From assembly GCA_963704855.1 (NCBI GenBank), contig CAVPHY010000017.1, forward strand, positions 123,292 to 187,291: 64,000 nucleotides of DNA. Direction: 5' to 3'. Of the stretch, positions 9,406-19,350 are shown piece after piece (the first letter of the stretch is position 1; each line of letters begins with the position of its first letter). Both the position numbers and the translations under genes were made by a program. This DNA is from an uncultured Gammaproteobacteria bacterium (GTDB taxonomy: Bacteria; Pseudomonadota; Gammaproteobacteria; Xanthomonadales; SZUA-36). A model generated the notes under the pieces. That model was not told the origin of the DNA. It did no database searches and was given only the letters and a program-made list of their open reading frames with translations.

Positions 9406-10839
9406 TCACTCCTCCAGCACCCAGGTATCCTTGGTGCCGCCGCCCTGGCTGGAATTGACCACCAGGGATCCCCTGGTCATCGCAACGCGTGTCAGGCCAC
9501 CCGGTGTAATCTCGATACGGTCCGGTGACATCAGCACAAAAGGCCGCAAATCGACATGACGGGGTGACAGGCCTTTTTTGGTAAAAATTGGCACCGTGGA
9601 AAGCGCCAGTGTCGGCTGCGCAATATAATTGGCAGGCCGCGCCTTGAGTTTCTCCCGAAATGCATTGACCTCTTTCTTGCTCGCCGCCGGCCCGACCAGC
9701 ATTCCATAACCGCCGGAACCATGGACTTCCTTTACCACCAGTTCAGCCAGGTTATCGAGCACGTATTGCAACTGGTCCGCTTCCGAACATCGCCAGGTTG
9801 GCACGTTGTTCAACAGCGGCTTCTCACCGGTGTAAAACTCGATGATATCGGGCATATACGAATACAGCGCCTTGTCATCGGCAATCCCGGTTCCGGGCGC
9901 GTTCGCGATGGTGATCCCACCGGCACGGTACACATCGAATATTCCGGGCACCCCGAGCATCGACTCGTGTTTGAAGTTCAGTGGGTCAAGGTAATCATCA
10001 TCGACGCGCCGGTACAGCACATCAATGGCTGTATAGCCCTGGGTCGTGCGCATCGCAACACGGCCATCGACAACCCGTAAATCGTGCCCTTCAACCAGTT
10101 CCGCCCCCATTTGATCGGCAAGAAAGCTATGCTCGAAGTAGGCCGAATTATGGATGCCCGGTGTCAGCACAGCGACCACGGGTTTGCCATTGCAGGCAGG
10201 CGGTGCGCAGGCCGAAAGTGAGCGGCTGAGATTGGCCGGGTAACTGCTCACCTCGCGCACGGGTATTTGCGAAAACAACTCGGGGAACATGTGCAACATC
10301 GTCTCCCGGTTTTCAAGCATGTACGAAACACCCGAAGGCGTGCGGGCATTATCCTCGAGCACGAAAAAATCATCCGGACCCGTGCGGACAATGTCGGTGC
10401 CGATGATATGCGTGTATATCCTGCCAGGTGGATCAACACCCACCATCTGCGGCAGGAAGGCCACATTATTTGCAATCAGTTCAACCGGTATACGGCCCGC
10501 GCGCAAGATCTCCTGCCGGTGATAAATATCGTGGAGGAAAGCATTCAGCGCACGCACACGTTGCTCAATCCCGCGTGACAGTTTGCGCCATTCGCCTGCG
10601 GATATGATCCGCGGCACCACGTCAAATGGTATCAAGCGCTCATCGGCATCCTGGCTACCGTAGACATTGAAGGTAATTCCGGTCTTGCGAAAAAAGGCTT
10701 CGGCCTGTGCCGCCTTCAGATGAATCCGACGCGGATCCTCCCCCTCGAACCAGCGGCCATAATCGTCATAAGGGCCACGCATTTTAACTGCATCGCCAGA
10801 ACCTGCCGGGTCCAGCATCTCATCGAAAAAGTCGGTCAT
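9406..10839 (-). CDS. Circularly permuted type-2 ATP-grasp protein
   Basis: 477 aa, with ..VLEDNARTPSGVSYMLENR.. and ..VVKEVHGSGGYGMLVGP.. typical of the family. First gene of the Anbu operon. Confidence 0.85.
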   Translation of the reverse strand: MTDFFDEMLDPAGSGDAVKMRGPYDDYGRWFEGEDPRRIHLKAAQAEAFFRKTGITFNVYGSQDADERLIPFDVVPRIISAGEWRKLSRGIEQRVRALNAFLHDIYHRQEILRAGRIPVELIANNVAFLPQMVGVDPPGRIYTHIIGTDIVRTGPDDFFVLEDNARTPSGVSYMLENRETMLHMFPELFSQIPVREVSSYPANLSRSLSACAPPACNGKPVVAVLTPGIHNSAYFEHSFLADQMGAELVEGHDLRVVDGRVAMRTTQGYTAIDVLYRRVDDDYLDPLNFKHESMLGVPGIFDVYRAGGITIANAPGTGIADDKALYSYMPDIIEFYTGEKPLLNNVPTWRCSEADQLQYVLDNLAELVVKEVHGSGGYGMLVGPAASKKEVNAFREKLKARPANYIAQPTLALSTVPIFTKKGLSPRHVDLRPFVLMSPDRIEITPGGLTRVAMTRGSLVVNSSQGGGTKDTWVLEE

Positions 10840-10915
10840 TTATCTCCTGCTCTGATATTCCTTACTGCCATCATACCGTGTTCAGTCCATTGGATGGCAG
10901 CGCGGGTGGTCTTTC

Positions 10916-12997
10916 CTACAGGTATAGCGCACAAGCCATGGATCGCGATGCCAGGCTCCATACCCGGGCATCCGCCTGTGGCGGCGCAAGCTCTGCGCTG
11001 TGAAACGCCAGGCGCCAGGCGCCCGGCTGCGTTAGTTCAGGCAGGGAAAAATTGCGGGGTTCCGCCGATGCGTTCAGCATGATGGCGACCGCCACCAGCC
11101 CATTACCGACATGCTCTTGACCATCGGGCCTGGCACCTTCCATCTCGGGAAAGAAGAGCGTCATGGCAAACTCACTATGCCACTGTTCCGTCTGCATGCG
11201 TCTGCCACCGGGATGCAGCCATTCGATATCGCGCAGGCCATCACCATCATGGTCGGAACCATGTGGGTAGCGGGTCCGTTTTGCATGCGGCATCTGGCGA
11301 CGCAGATTGATAAGGGCCCGCACCTGGAGCAAAAATTCCGGGTCATCATCCACACCGCTCCAATCCAGCCAGCCTGTCTCATTATCCTGTGCGTAGGCGT
11401 TATTGTTGCCGGCCTGGGAGTTGCCGAACTCATCACCTGCCAGCAGCATCGGTGTACCTTTTGATAACAACAGGGTGCCCAACAGGTTCAAACGCTGCCG
11501 GCGTCTTAACTGCTGAACTTCAGGGTCGCGGGTCTCACCTTCGACACCGTGGTTGCAACTGTAGTTGTGCGCATGGCCGTCGCGGTTGTCTTCGCCATTG
11601 GCATGGTTGTTCCGTGTTTCGTAACTGACCAGGTCGCGCAAGGTGTAGCCGTCGTGGGACGTCACAAAATTGATACTCGCCTGTGGCGGCCGGTCACTGG
11701 ATTCAAAAATATCGGCTGAACCGTGCAGACGCTTTGCAAGGCTACTCAACTGGTCATCTTCACCACACCAGAACAATCGAACGCTATCGCGATAGCGGTC
11801 ATTCCACTCCGCCCAGCGTGATGGGAACTTACCCAGCTGGTAACCACCCGGGCCCGGGTCCCACGGCTCTGCAATGAGCTTGGCGTTGGACAGTTCCGGA
11901 TCATCGTTGATCAGCCGCAACAGATCGTGGGACGGATTAAAACCCTGCGGGGATCTGCCCAGCACCGGGGCAAGATCAAACCTGAACCCATCCACACCCA
12001 TGCTTCTGTGCCAGTAAACCAGGCTGTCCCTGATCATGGCCTGTACGCGCGGGTGATCCGCGTTGATGGTATTGCCACAACCGGTATCGTTGATATAAAC
12101 CCCGGGGTCTTTGGAATCGGTTCTGTAATAGGCCAGGTTATCGATACCGCGGAAGCTGATTGAAGGCCCCCTGGAGCCACCCTCACCGGTGTGGTTGTAG
12201 ACCACGTCCAGTATGACCTCGATACCGGCTTCATGAATGGCGTTCACCATGTCGCGGAACTCACCAACCGCATCCCGGTGGGCATACCGCGCTTCCGGGG
12301 TGAAGAAATTGATGCTGTTGTACCCCCAGAAATTCTTCAGCCCGCGACCGACCAGGAAACTCTCATCGATCATCGTGTGTACCGGCATCAGCTCCAGCGA
12401 GGTGATACCCAGGGCCTTGAGGTAGGCGAGAATTTCTCCATTGCGCATACCCTGGAATTTACCACGCTCGCTCTCCGGAATATCCGGGTGCCGCATGGTA
12501 TAACCACGCACATTGGCTTCGTAAATGATGGTCTCTGACCAGGGAATACGCACACGCGCGGCCCGGGGCGCCGTATCAGGCCCCATAACAATAGACTTGG
12601 GTATGAAGGCCGCACTATCGGTGCGGTTGGGCTGCATCGACTTGCCGGTGGTTGAGTGATCATAGTCATAAACTGCACCGGCCCACTGGAACGAACCGTC
12701 CAGTGCTTGCGCATACGGGTCGATCAACAGCTTGGACGGGTTGTAACGCAGACCGCTGTCGGGCGCCCACGGGCCGTGGGCGCGGTAACCATAACGCTGG
12801 CCGGGTTCACAACCCGGCAGATAACCGGACCAGACACCATCCTGGTTGCCGGGCAATCTGAAGCACTTTACCTGTTGACCCGAGGCATCGAACAGGCAAA
12901 GTTCAATCGCTTCAGCGCCTGACGAGTACAGGGCAAAATTCACACCCTGTCCGTCCCAGCTCGCCCCGAGCTGTTCCCCACGACCTGCCTGGATCAT
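10916..12997 (-). CDS. glgX: Glycogen debranching enzyme GlgX (GH13)
   Basis: N-terminal GASWDGQGVNFALYS. GH13 motifs VILDVVYNHT, GFRFDLAPVLGR, LIAEPWD, FVTSHD. Confidence 0.9.
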   Translation of the reverse strand: MIQAGRGEQLGASWDGQGVNFALYSSGAEAIELCLFDASGQQVKCFRLPGNQDGVWSGYLPGCEPGQRYGYRAHGPWAPDSGLRYNPSKLLIDPYAQALDGSFQWAGAVYDYDHSTTGKSMQPNRTDSAAFIPKSIVMGPDTAPRAARVRIPWSETIIYEANVRGYTMRHPDIPESERGKFQGMRNGEILAYLKALGITSLELMPVHTMIDESFLVGRGLKNFWGYNSINFFTPEARYAHRDAVGEFRDMVNAIHEAGIEVILDVVYNHTGEGGSRGPSISFRGIDNLAYYRTDSKDPGVYINDTGCGNTINADHPRVQAMIRDSLVYWHRSMGVDGFRFDLAPVLGRSPQGFNPSHDLLRLINDDPELSNAKLIAEPWDPGPGGYQLGKFPSRWAEWNDRYRDSVRLFWCGEDDQLSSLAKRLHGSADIFESSDRPPQASINFVTSHDGYTLRDLVSYETRNNHANGEDNRDGHAHNYSCNHGVEGETRDPEVQQLRRRQRLNLLGTLLLSKGTPMLLAGDEFGNSQAGNNNAYAQDNETGWLDWSGVDDDPEFLLQVRALINLRRQMPHAKRTRYPHGSDHDGDGLRDIEWLHPGGRRMQTEQWHSEFAMTLFFPEMEGARPDGQEHVGNGLVAVAIMLNASAEPRNFSLPELTQPGAWRLAFHSAELAPPQADARVWSLASRSMACALYL

Positions 12998-15498
12998 GAG
13001 TCGCCGGAAGTGATGCTTTCGAGGTGCCAGATATCCCGGTTGTAATCACGCATGGTGCGATCGGTCGAAAACCGCCCTGAATTGGCACTGTTCAGGATGC
13101 TCATACGGGTCCAGCGCTGCGGGTCCTGGTAAGCCATTCCGGCCGCCTCCTGGGTATCGATGTAGCTGCGGAAATCTGCAGCCGTCATCCAGGGATCACG
13201 GGGGTTGCGTACCGAGGCGATCACGTTATCGAGTATACCGGGCTCAAACTGGTTGAAGTGGCCGTTGTCGAGCAAACGCATGACGCGTCTGAAATCCCGG
13301 TCGCCATCTATGATTGACTGTGGGTTGTAATTATCCCTGATGGCGGGAATCTCATCCACGGTCAGGCCGAACAGGAAGAAGTTTTCCTCACCGACCGCTT
13401 CGAGAATCTCCACGTTGGCGCCGTCCAGCGTACCGATGGTGACGGCGCCATTCATCATGAACTTCATATTGCCGGTGCCGGAAGCCTCCTTGCCGGCCGT
13501 AGATATCTGCTCCGATAAATCGGCGGCCGGACAGATCACTTCCATCGCCGAAACGTTGTAATCCGGATAGAACACCAGTTGCAAGCGTCCCCGCATGGCG
13601 GGATCCGTATTGATCACCGCGGCCACGTTATTGATCAGCTTGATCTGGTTCTTGGCCATTTCGTAGCCTGGAGCGGCCTTGCCGCCAATGATGATGACCC
13701 GGGGTGTTAACTGATCACCATCGCCACGCTGGATCCGGTCATACAGGTGGATGGCATGCAACACGTTCAGTAACTGTCGCTTGTACTCATGGATACGTTT
13801 GACCTGTACGTCGAACATCATGGCGGGATCGACCACCAGCCGGGTCTTGTCCTTTATTTTTTCCGCGAGCCGGACCTTGTTAGACTGCTTGACGGCCCTC
13901 CACGCCTCCTGGAAAGCGGTATCCTCAGCTAACGGCGCGAGCTTCTCCAGTTGCTCGAGATCGGTCACCCAGTCCTCACCGATATGTTCATTGACCAGGT
14001 CAGCCAGCCCGGTATTACAGGCCGCCAGCCAGCGGCGCTGGGTTACGCCATTGGTCTTGTTGTTGAATTTTTGCGGCCAGAGTTCTGCGAAATCTCTGAA
14101 CAGACCCTGCTTGAGCAACTTCGAGTGAAGTTCAGCAACACCATTCACCGAAAAGCTGCCGACGATGGCGAGGTAGGCCATGCGTATTTTTTTCTCGGCA
14201 CCCTCCTGGATCAATGACATGCGTCCCAGGATATGGGTATCGCCCGGCCAGCGCCGGCTGACTTCGGTGAGGAAGCGCACATTGATCTCGTAGATGATCT
14301 CCAGCAGACGTGGTAACAATTGTTCAAACATGAAAACCGGCCATGTTTCCAGGGCCTCGGGCAATAGCGTGTGGTTGGTATAGGCCATCGTCGAAGTGGT
14401 GATTTTCCAGGCTGCATCCCACGAGAGGCCGTGATCATCCATTAACAGGCGCATCAGTTCCGGTACCGCGATGGCCGGATGCGTATCGTTCAACTGGAAA
14501 CAGTGCTTGTCGGCGAACCCGCTGAAATTACTCCCGTTCGATTTAACCCAGCTTTGCAATATGTCCTGTAAACTGGCAGAGGCCAAAAAGTACTGCTGAC
14601 GCAGACGCAATTCCCGCCCGTTTTCGGTTTCTGCGTTTGGATACAACACCATGGTGATGTTTTCGGCCTCATTCTTGGCCGCCACCGCATCCGAATAATC
14701 GCCGGCATTGAATTCTTCAAGATCAAATTCGTCGGTGGCTCCCGCCGACCACAAACGCAAGGTATTGACCATCTCGTTCCGGTAACCGGGGATGGGTATG
14801 TCATAGGGGATCGCCAGTACATCACGTGTATCGACCCAGTCGGTCCGGGTTTTACCCAGTGAATCCTTGAAACGCGTAACACGACCGCCGAACTTGATGG
14901 TCTGCGCGCGCTCACTTCGTTCAATCTCCCAGGGATAGCCATCTCTGAGCCAGGCATCGGGCTCTTCCACCTGGCGACCGTTTTCCAGGCGTTGGTGAAA
15001 CATGCCGTAACGGTAGCGAATCCCGTAACCGGTGACCGGCAATGCGAGGGTGGCACAGCTATCGAGGAAACAGGCAGCCAGGCGCCCCAGGCCACCATTA
15101 CCCAGCCCGGCATCAAGCTCCTGGCCATGCAGGTCTTCCAGTTCAACACCAAGACGGTGCAGGGCTTCATCAGTTTGCTCGGTGATACCCAGGTTTAAAA
15201 GCGCATTCCTCAGCAATCGCCCCATAAGAAATTCCAGGGACAGGTAGCAGGCCCGCTTCCCTTTGCTTCTTTCCATATTGGTGCGGGTATTGATCCAGCG
15301 CTCCACGATCCGTTCCCTCGTCGCATAAACCAGCGCCTGGTAAAGGAAGGTCTCATGCTTGCGCAATGAGCGTCTGCACAGCATACGGCTGTGATAATGT
15401 ATGGTATCGGCAAGGATGGCATCTGCATCCATGGCCAGCGCGGGCAGGTTCAGTAATTCAATATCACCTACGCCGTCAGTTTCTAACTGATCTATCAT
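12994..15498 (-). CDS. glgP: Glycogen/maltodextrin phosphorylase (GT35)
   Basis: 834 aa. PLP-lysine motif EASGTGNMKFMMNGA. GLGNGGLGRLAACFLDS. Confidence 0.92.
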   Translation of the reverse strand: MIDQLETDGVGDIELLNLPALAMDADAILADTIHYHSRMLCRRSLRKHETFLYQALVYATRERIVERWINTRTNMERSKGKRACYLSLEFLMGRLLRNALLNLGITEQTDEALHRLGVELEDLHGQELDAGLGNGGLGRLAACFLDSCATLALPVTGYGIRYRYGMFHQRLENGRQVEEPDAWLRDGYPWEIERSERAQTIKFGGRVTRFKDSLGKTRTDWVDTRDVLAIPYDIPIPGYRNEMVNTLRLWSAGATDEFDLEEFNAGDYSDAVAAKNEAENITMVLYPNAETENGRELRLRQQYFLASASLQDILQSWVKSNGSNFSGFADKHCFQLNDTHPAIAVPELMRLLMDDHGLSWDAAWKITTSTMAYTNHTLLPEALETWPVFMFEQLLPRLLEIIYEINVRFLTEVSRRWPGDTHILGRMSLIQEGAEKKIRMAYLAIVGSFSVNGVAELHSKLLKQGLFRDFAELWPQKFNNKTNGVTQRRWLAACNTGLADLVNEHIGEDWVTDLEQLEKLAPLAEDTAFQEAWRAVKQSNKVRLAEKIKDKTRLVVDPAMMFDVQVKRIHEYKRQLLNVLHAIHLYDRIQRGDGDQLTPRVIIIGGKAAPGYEMAKNQIKLINNVAAVINTDPAMRGRLQLVFYPDYNVSAMEVICPAADLSEQISTAGKEASGTGNMKFMMNGAVTIGTLDGANVEILEAVGEENFFLFGLTVDEIPAIRDNYNPQSIIDGDRDFRRVMRLLDNGHFNQFEPGILDNVIASVRNPRDPWMTAADFRSYIDTQEAAGMAYQDPQRWTRMSILNSANSGRFSTDRTMRDYNRDIWHLESITSGDS

Positions 15499-15522
15499 TA
15501 TGTTGTTCTCCGAAATTCTTTT

Positions 15523-15685
15523 AAGGAGTCTCTGATTTATTCTGAGCGAAGTAGATTGTGATTCAAAATGTCCAGATTCAAGGCGTAGATCGCACGTAAT
15601 AGCTGGCTATTGCGAAGATTTACAACGCAGAAGCTGGATTTTTTGGTCACAAGATACGAGTTCATGAATAGATCAGAGGTTCCTT
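15523..15685. repeat. ~163-bp imperfect palindrome (two ~80-nt arms, tiny loop) filling the glgB-glgP intergenic spacer
   Basis: Left arm 15523-15603 pairs with right arm 15606-15685. Examples: aaggagtctctgatttattc vs aaggaacctctgatctattc (rc); ttgtga/ttgtga; tccag/tccag; gcgt/gcgt; aatagc/aatagc. Roughly 60 of 80 positions pair in my hand alignment. Confidence 0.7.
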
Positions 15686-17861
15686 AACCAGGGTTTGTTA
15701 TTTTTAACATCAATGTCGCCAGCGGCGGCAGGTCTATCTGCAAGGAATGCTCACGCCCGTGCGCCGCAACATTTTCTGTCTGAAGTTCACCAGGCACCCC
15801 TACACCACTGCCACCGTAGATACTGGAATCGGTGTTGAGCAACTCCGAATACTTACCAGCCTGCGGCACACCGATACGATAACCTGATCGGACCAGTGGT
15901 GTGAAGTTGCTGATGCATACCACAAAGGCGCCGTCAGACGCGCGGCGCAACCAGCTCAACACGCTGCTGTCTGCATCCTGCCAGTCGATCCATTCAAAAC
16001 CTTCGTGGCTGAAATCCAGTTCATGCAGCGCGGGTGTTTCCCGGTAGACCCGGTTGAGATCCCTTACCAGGTCCTGTACGCCTTTGTGCAAAGGTTGCTC
16101 CAATAGATACCAGTCGAGGGACTGGTCGTGATTCCACTCCCTTTGCTGGGCAATTTCAGCCCCCATAAACAGCAATTTTTTGCCCGGGTGAGCATACATG
16201 AAACCGTAGTATGCGCGCAGGTTGGCAAACCGTTGCCATTCGTCCCCCGGCATACGGCCCAACAATGAGCGCTTACCATGCACGACTTCATCATGCGACA
16301 GCGGCAGCACAAAATTCTCATCAAACGCATACACCAGGCCAAAGGTCATCTTGTCGTGATGATACTTGCGGTGCACCGGGTCCTCGCACATATATGACAG
16401 GGTGTCGTTCATCCAGCCCATGTTCCACTTGTAGGTGAAACCAAGCCCACCTGAACTGGTGGGTCGCGATACACCGGGCCAGGCGGTGGACTCCTCCGCA
16501 TAACTGGTGGCCTTGTAGTCGTGGATAATCTCATTGAACTGGCGCAGGAACTCCACCGCCTCGAGGTGTTGATTACCGCCAAACTCATTTGGCAACCACT
16601 CACCCTCCTTGCGGGAGTAATCCAGGTAAAGCATCGAAGCCACGGCATCGACACGCAGGGCATCGATGTGGAAACTATCAATCCAGCAAAGCGCACTGCC
16701 CATCAGGTAGTTGATCACTTCGCGGCGGCCGTAGTTGAATATCAATGTCCCCCAGTCCGAGTGCTCGCCCTTGCGTGGGTCTTCGTGTTCATACAGGGCG
16801 GTTCCATCGAGACGCCGTAGCCCGTGCTCGTCTTTTGGAAAATGGGCGGGTACCCAGTCCATGATCACGGCAATACCCGCCCGGTGAAAACGGTCCACCA
16901 GGTAACGGAAATCATCCGGCTCACCAAAACGTTGAGTCGGTGCATACAAACCGATCGGCTGATAACCCCAGGAGCCATCGAACGGGTGTTCCGTTACCGG
17001 CAACAGTTCTACGTGTGTGAAGTTCATCTGCCGGACATAGGCCACGAGCTCATTGGCCAGTTCGCGATAGCTCAGGAAGCGGTTATTCTCGCCACGTTGC
17101 CATGAGCCGAGGTGTACCTCGTAAATGCTGATGGCCTCGCTCATTACGGGAACCTGTGATCTGCCCGAGGTCCACTCGTTGTCCCGCCAGTGGTAGTTGC
17201 TCTGGTACACCCTCGACGCGTTACCCGGCGGCGCCTCGTGAAACTGCCCCGTGGGGTCGGACTTGAACGGCAGCAATTCACCCTGCCTGTCCAGCAGTTC
17301 AAATTTGTAGTACGAACCCTGTCCGACACCGGGTATAAAGATTTCCCACAGGCCGTTGCCAGGGTGCAGACGCATCACGTGACAACGGCCGTCCCAGTTA
17401 TTGAATTCGCCAACCACGCTGACACGCGAGGCATTGGGTGCCCAGATCGCGAAAAAAGTACCGGCAACCCCGAGTGAACGGGTGGGGTGTGCACCCAGCT
17501 TCTTGGCGATGTCCCGGTGTGACCCCTGCCCGATCAGGTAGAGATCAAGCTCACCCAGCATGGGTGGAAAACGATAAGCGTCCTCCACCTCCCAGCTGAT
17601 GCCATCGGCGCGTGTGATTCGCAGCCGATAATGGCGTTTACGCGGGGGAAATTCGACCTCGAATATGCCATCCGGGTGAACCCTTTGCATCGGTAATGGA
17701 CCACTGTCGCCATCGAGCAACAGTTCCACCGTCTCTGCCTGGGGCTGAATCGTCCTGACGATACGCTGGCCATTCTCACGCTGTATTCCATAAACGGAGA
17801 AGGGACCGCCGTGCCGGCCACCGGCCAAAGCGTTCAGCGTTGCTCTATTTAAGCCGGACAT
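15684..17861 (-). CDS. glgB: 1,4-alpha-glucan branching enzyme
   Basis: 725 aa. GH13 motifs DWVPAHF, ALRVDAVASML, YAEESTAWP, LPLSHDEV. Confidence 0.92.
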   Translation of the reverse strand: MSGLNRATLNALAGGRHGGPFSVYGIQRENGQRIVRTIQPQAETVELLLDGDSGPLPMQRVHPDGIFEVEFPPRKRHYRLRITRADGISWEVEDAYRFPPMLGELDLYLIGQGSHRDIAKKLGAHPTRSLGVAGTFFAIWAPNASRVSVVGEFNNWDGRCHVMRLHPGNGLWEIFIPGVGQGSYYKFELLDRQGELLPFKSDPTGQFHEAPPGNASRVYQSNYHWRDNEWTSGRSQVPVMSEAISIYEVHLGSWQRGENNRFLSYRELANELVAYVRQMNFTHVELLPVTEHPFDGSWGYQPIGLYAPTQRFGEPDDFRYLVDRFHRAGIAVIMDWVPAHFPKDEHGLRRLDGTALYEHEDPRKGEHSDWGTLIFNYGRREVINYLMGSALCWIDSFHIDALRVDAVASMLYLDYSRKEGEWLPNEFGGNQHLEAVEFLRQFNEIIHDYKATSYAEESTAWPGVSRPTSSGGLGFTYKWNMGWMNDTLSYMCEDPVHRKYHHDKMTFGLVYAFDENFVLPLSHDEVVHGKRSLLGRMPGDEWQRFANLRAYYGFMYAHPGKKLLFMGAEIAQQREWNHDQSLDWYLLEQPLHKGVQDLVRDLNRVYRETPALHELDFSHEGFEWIDWQDADSSVLSWLRRASDGAFVVCISNFTPLVRSGYRIGVPQAGKYSELLNTDSSIYGGSGVGVPGELQTENVAAHGREHSLQIDLPPLATLMLKITNPG

Positions 17862-17882
17862 AAAAACCTGGAATCATTATTG

Positions 17883-19166
17883 TTAACGTGTCTGGTGCAA
17901 AGTCTGTTCAAGCATGCCAGGTGTCACCAGGGTATGACCACCCTCGGTGACGCGAAACCCCCTCGCGCGATCATCATCGTGGTTCACGCCAATTTGCATC
18001 CCCTCCGGGACCACGCAGCCACGATCTATGATCGCCCCGTGAATGGTGCATCCATCCAGGATCTCGCACTCCGGGAGGATCAATGAATCGACGATACGGC
18101 TGTACGAATGTATTTTACAGTTGGAGAAAATCAGCGACCTTTTGACACTCGCGCCGGAAATGATACAGCCACCGGACACCATAGACTCCACCGCCTCGCC
18201 CCGCCTGTCGTGATGATCGAAAACAAACTTCGCGGGAGGGGCCTGCAACACGTCGGTCAGGATTGGCCAGTCCCGGTCGTACAGGTCAAGTTGGGGCACC
18301 ACCGAAACCAGCTCCATATTGGCCTCCCAATAGGCATCCAGCGTACCCACGTCCCGCCAGTAGGCCTGTTCGCCCGTTTTCGGATCACGAAACGGGTAAG
18401 CATAGACATGGTATTTGTCAATAATTGATGGAATGATATCTTTTCCGAAATCATGATCAGACCCGGGTGTATCGGCATCCCTGATCACCTGCTCATAGAG
18501 AAACTCGGTATTGAAAACGTAGTTGCCCATGGACGCCAGGCAAATACCTTCCCTACCGGGTATCGACGCGGGCTTCTTCGGTTTTTCATCAAACCCGATC
18601 ACACGACCGGTTTCATCCACCGTCATCACGCCAAACTGGCCTGCGGCTTCCTCCACGGGTACTTCTATGCAGCAAACCGTCATATCCGCTTCCTTTTCCG
18701 AGTGGAATGCGAGGAAGTTGCCATAATCCATCTTGTAGACGTGATCCCCTGCCAGGATCAGCACAAACCGCGGCCGATGCGTACGCAGGATATCGAGGTT
18801 CTGGAACACCGCGTCAGCGGTACCCAGGTACCAGTCATCTCCAGTACGTTGTGAGGCGGGTAATATTTCAACGAACTCGCGCTCCGGTGAACGGAAACCT
18901 GTCCAGCCATGCACCAGGTGCCGAATCAACGAGTGTGCCTTGTACTGGGTGGCCACACCAATGCGCCGCACCCCGGAATTGATACAGTTGGACAAGGGGA
19001 AATCGATGATTCGCAGTTTCCCACCGAAATAGACGGCCGGCTTTGCACGCCAGTTGGTTAATTCATACAAACGGGAACCACGACCGCCGGCGAGGATCAG
19101 GGCCACGGTGTCACGGGTTAACCGGCTTACATAACGACCCTGGTCCTTATTGGTTTTAGTGCTCAT
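17883..19166 (-). CDS. glgC: Glucose-1-phosphate adenylyltransferase
   Basis: [40 protein letters not shown] is the canonical GlgC N-terminus. There is a C-terminal beta-helix. Confidence 0.92.
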   Translation of the reverse strand: MSTKTNKDQGRYVSRLTRDTVALILAGGRGSRLYELTNWRAKPAVYFGGKLRIIDFPLSNCINSGVRRIGVATQYKAHSLIRHLVHGWTGFRSPEREFVEILPASQRTGDDWYLGTADAVFQNLDILRTHRPRFVLILAGDHVYKMDYGNFLAFHSEKEADMTVCCIEVPVEEAAGQFGVMTVDETGRVIGFDEKPKKPASIPGREGICLASMGNYVFNTEFLYEQVIRDADTPGSDHDFGKDIIPSIIDKYHVYAYPFRDPKTGEQAYWRDVGTLDAYWEANMELVSVVPQLDLYDRDWPILTDVLQAPPAKFVFDHHDRRGEAVESMVSGGCIISGASVKRSLIFSNCKIHSYSRIVDSLILPECEILDGCTIHGAIIDRGCVVPEGMQIGVNHDDDRARGFRVTEGGHTLVTPGMLEQTLHQTR

Positions 19167-19350
19167 CAGGTTTGTCCTGTTACTCTGAAGTTGTCAGGTA
19201 AAGTGTATCGTGAAATGGCATGGAACGGGCGGATTCCTAGGTTAAATTGGAGATAGATCAGCTAAAACGGCAAAATTTTTTTCAAAAATCACTCTGGCGG
19301 ATTTTAATCCCGGCTGGCCTCAAAATCTCGCATTGTTCATAATTCGCTTC

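Noticed and set aside
10865-10900. 8-bp perfect stem (ctgccatc ... gatggcag) between glgX and the Anbu-operon ATP-grasp gene, considered as a terminator of the glg operon
   Set aside because: The loop is 20 nt and there is no U-tract on the transcribed (minus) strand after the stem. The evidence is insufficient for an intrinsic terminator call.
14490-15170. 226-aa same-strand alternative-frame ORF within glgP
   Set aside because: The GlgP frame is continuous and carries the PLP motif. The overlapping frame is Trp/Arg/Pro-rich noise.
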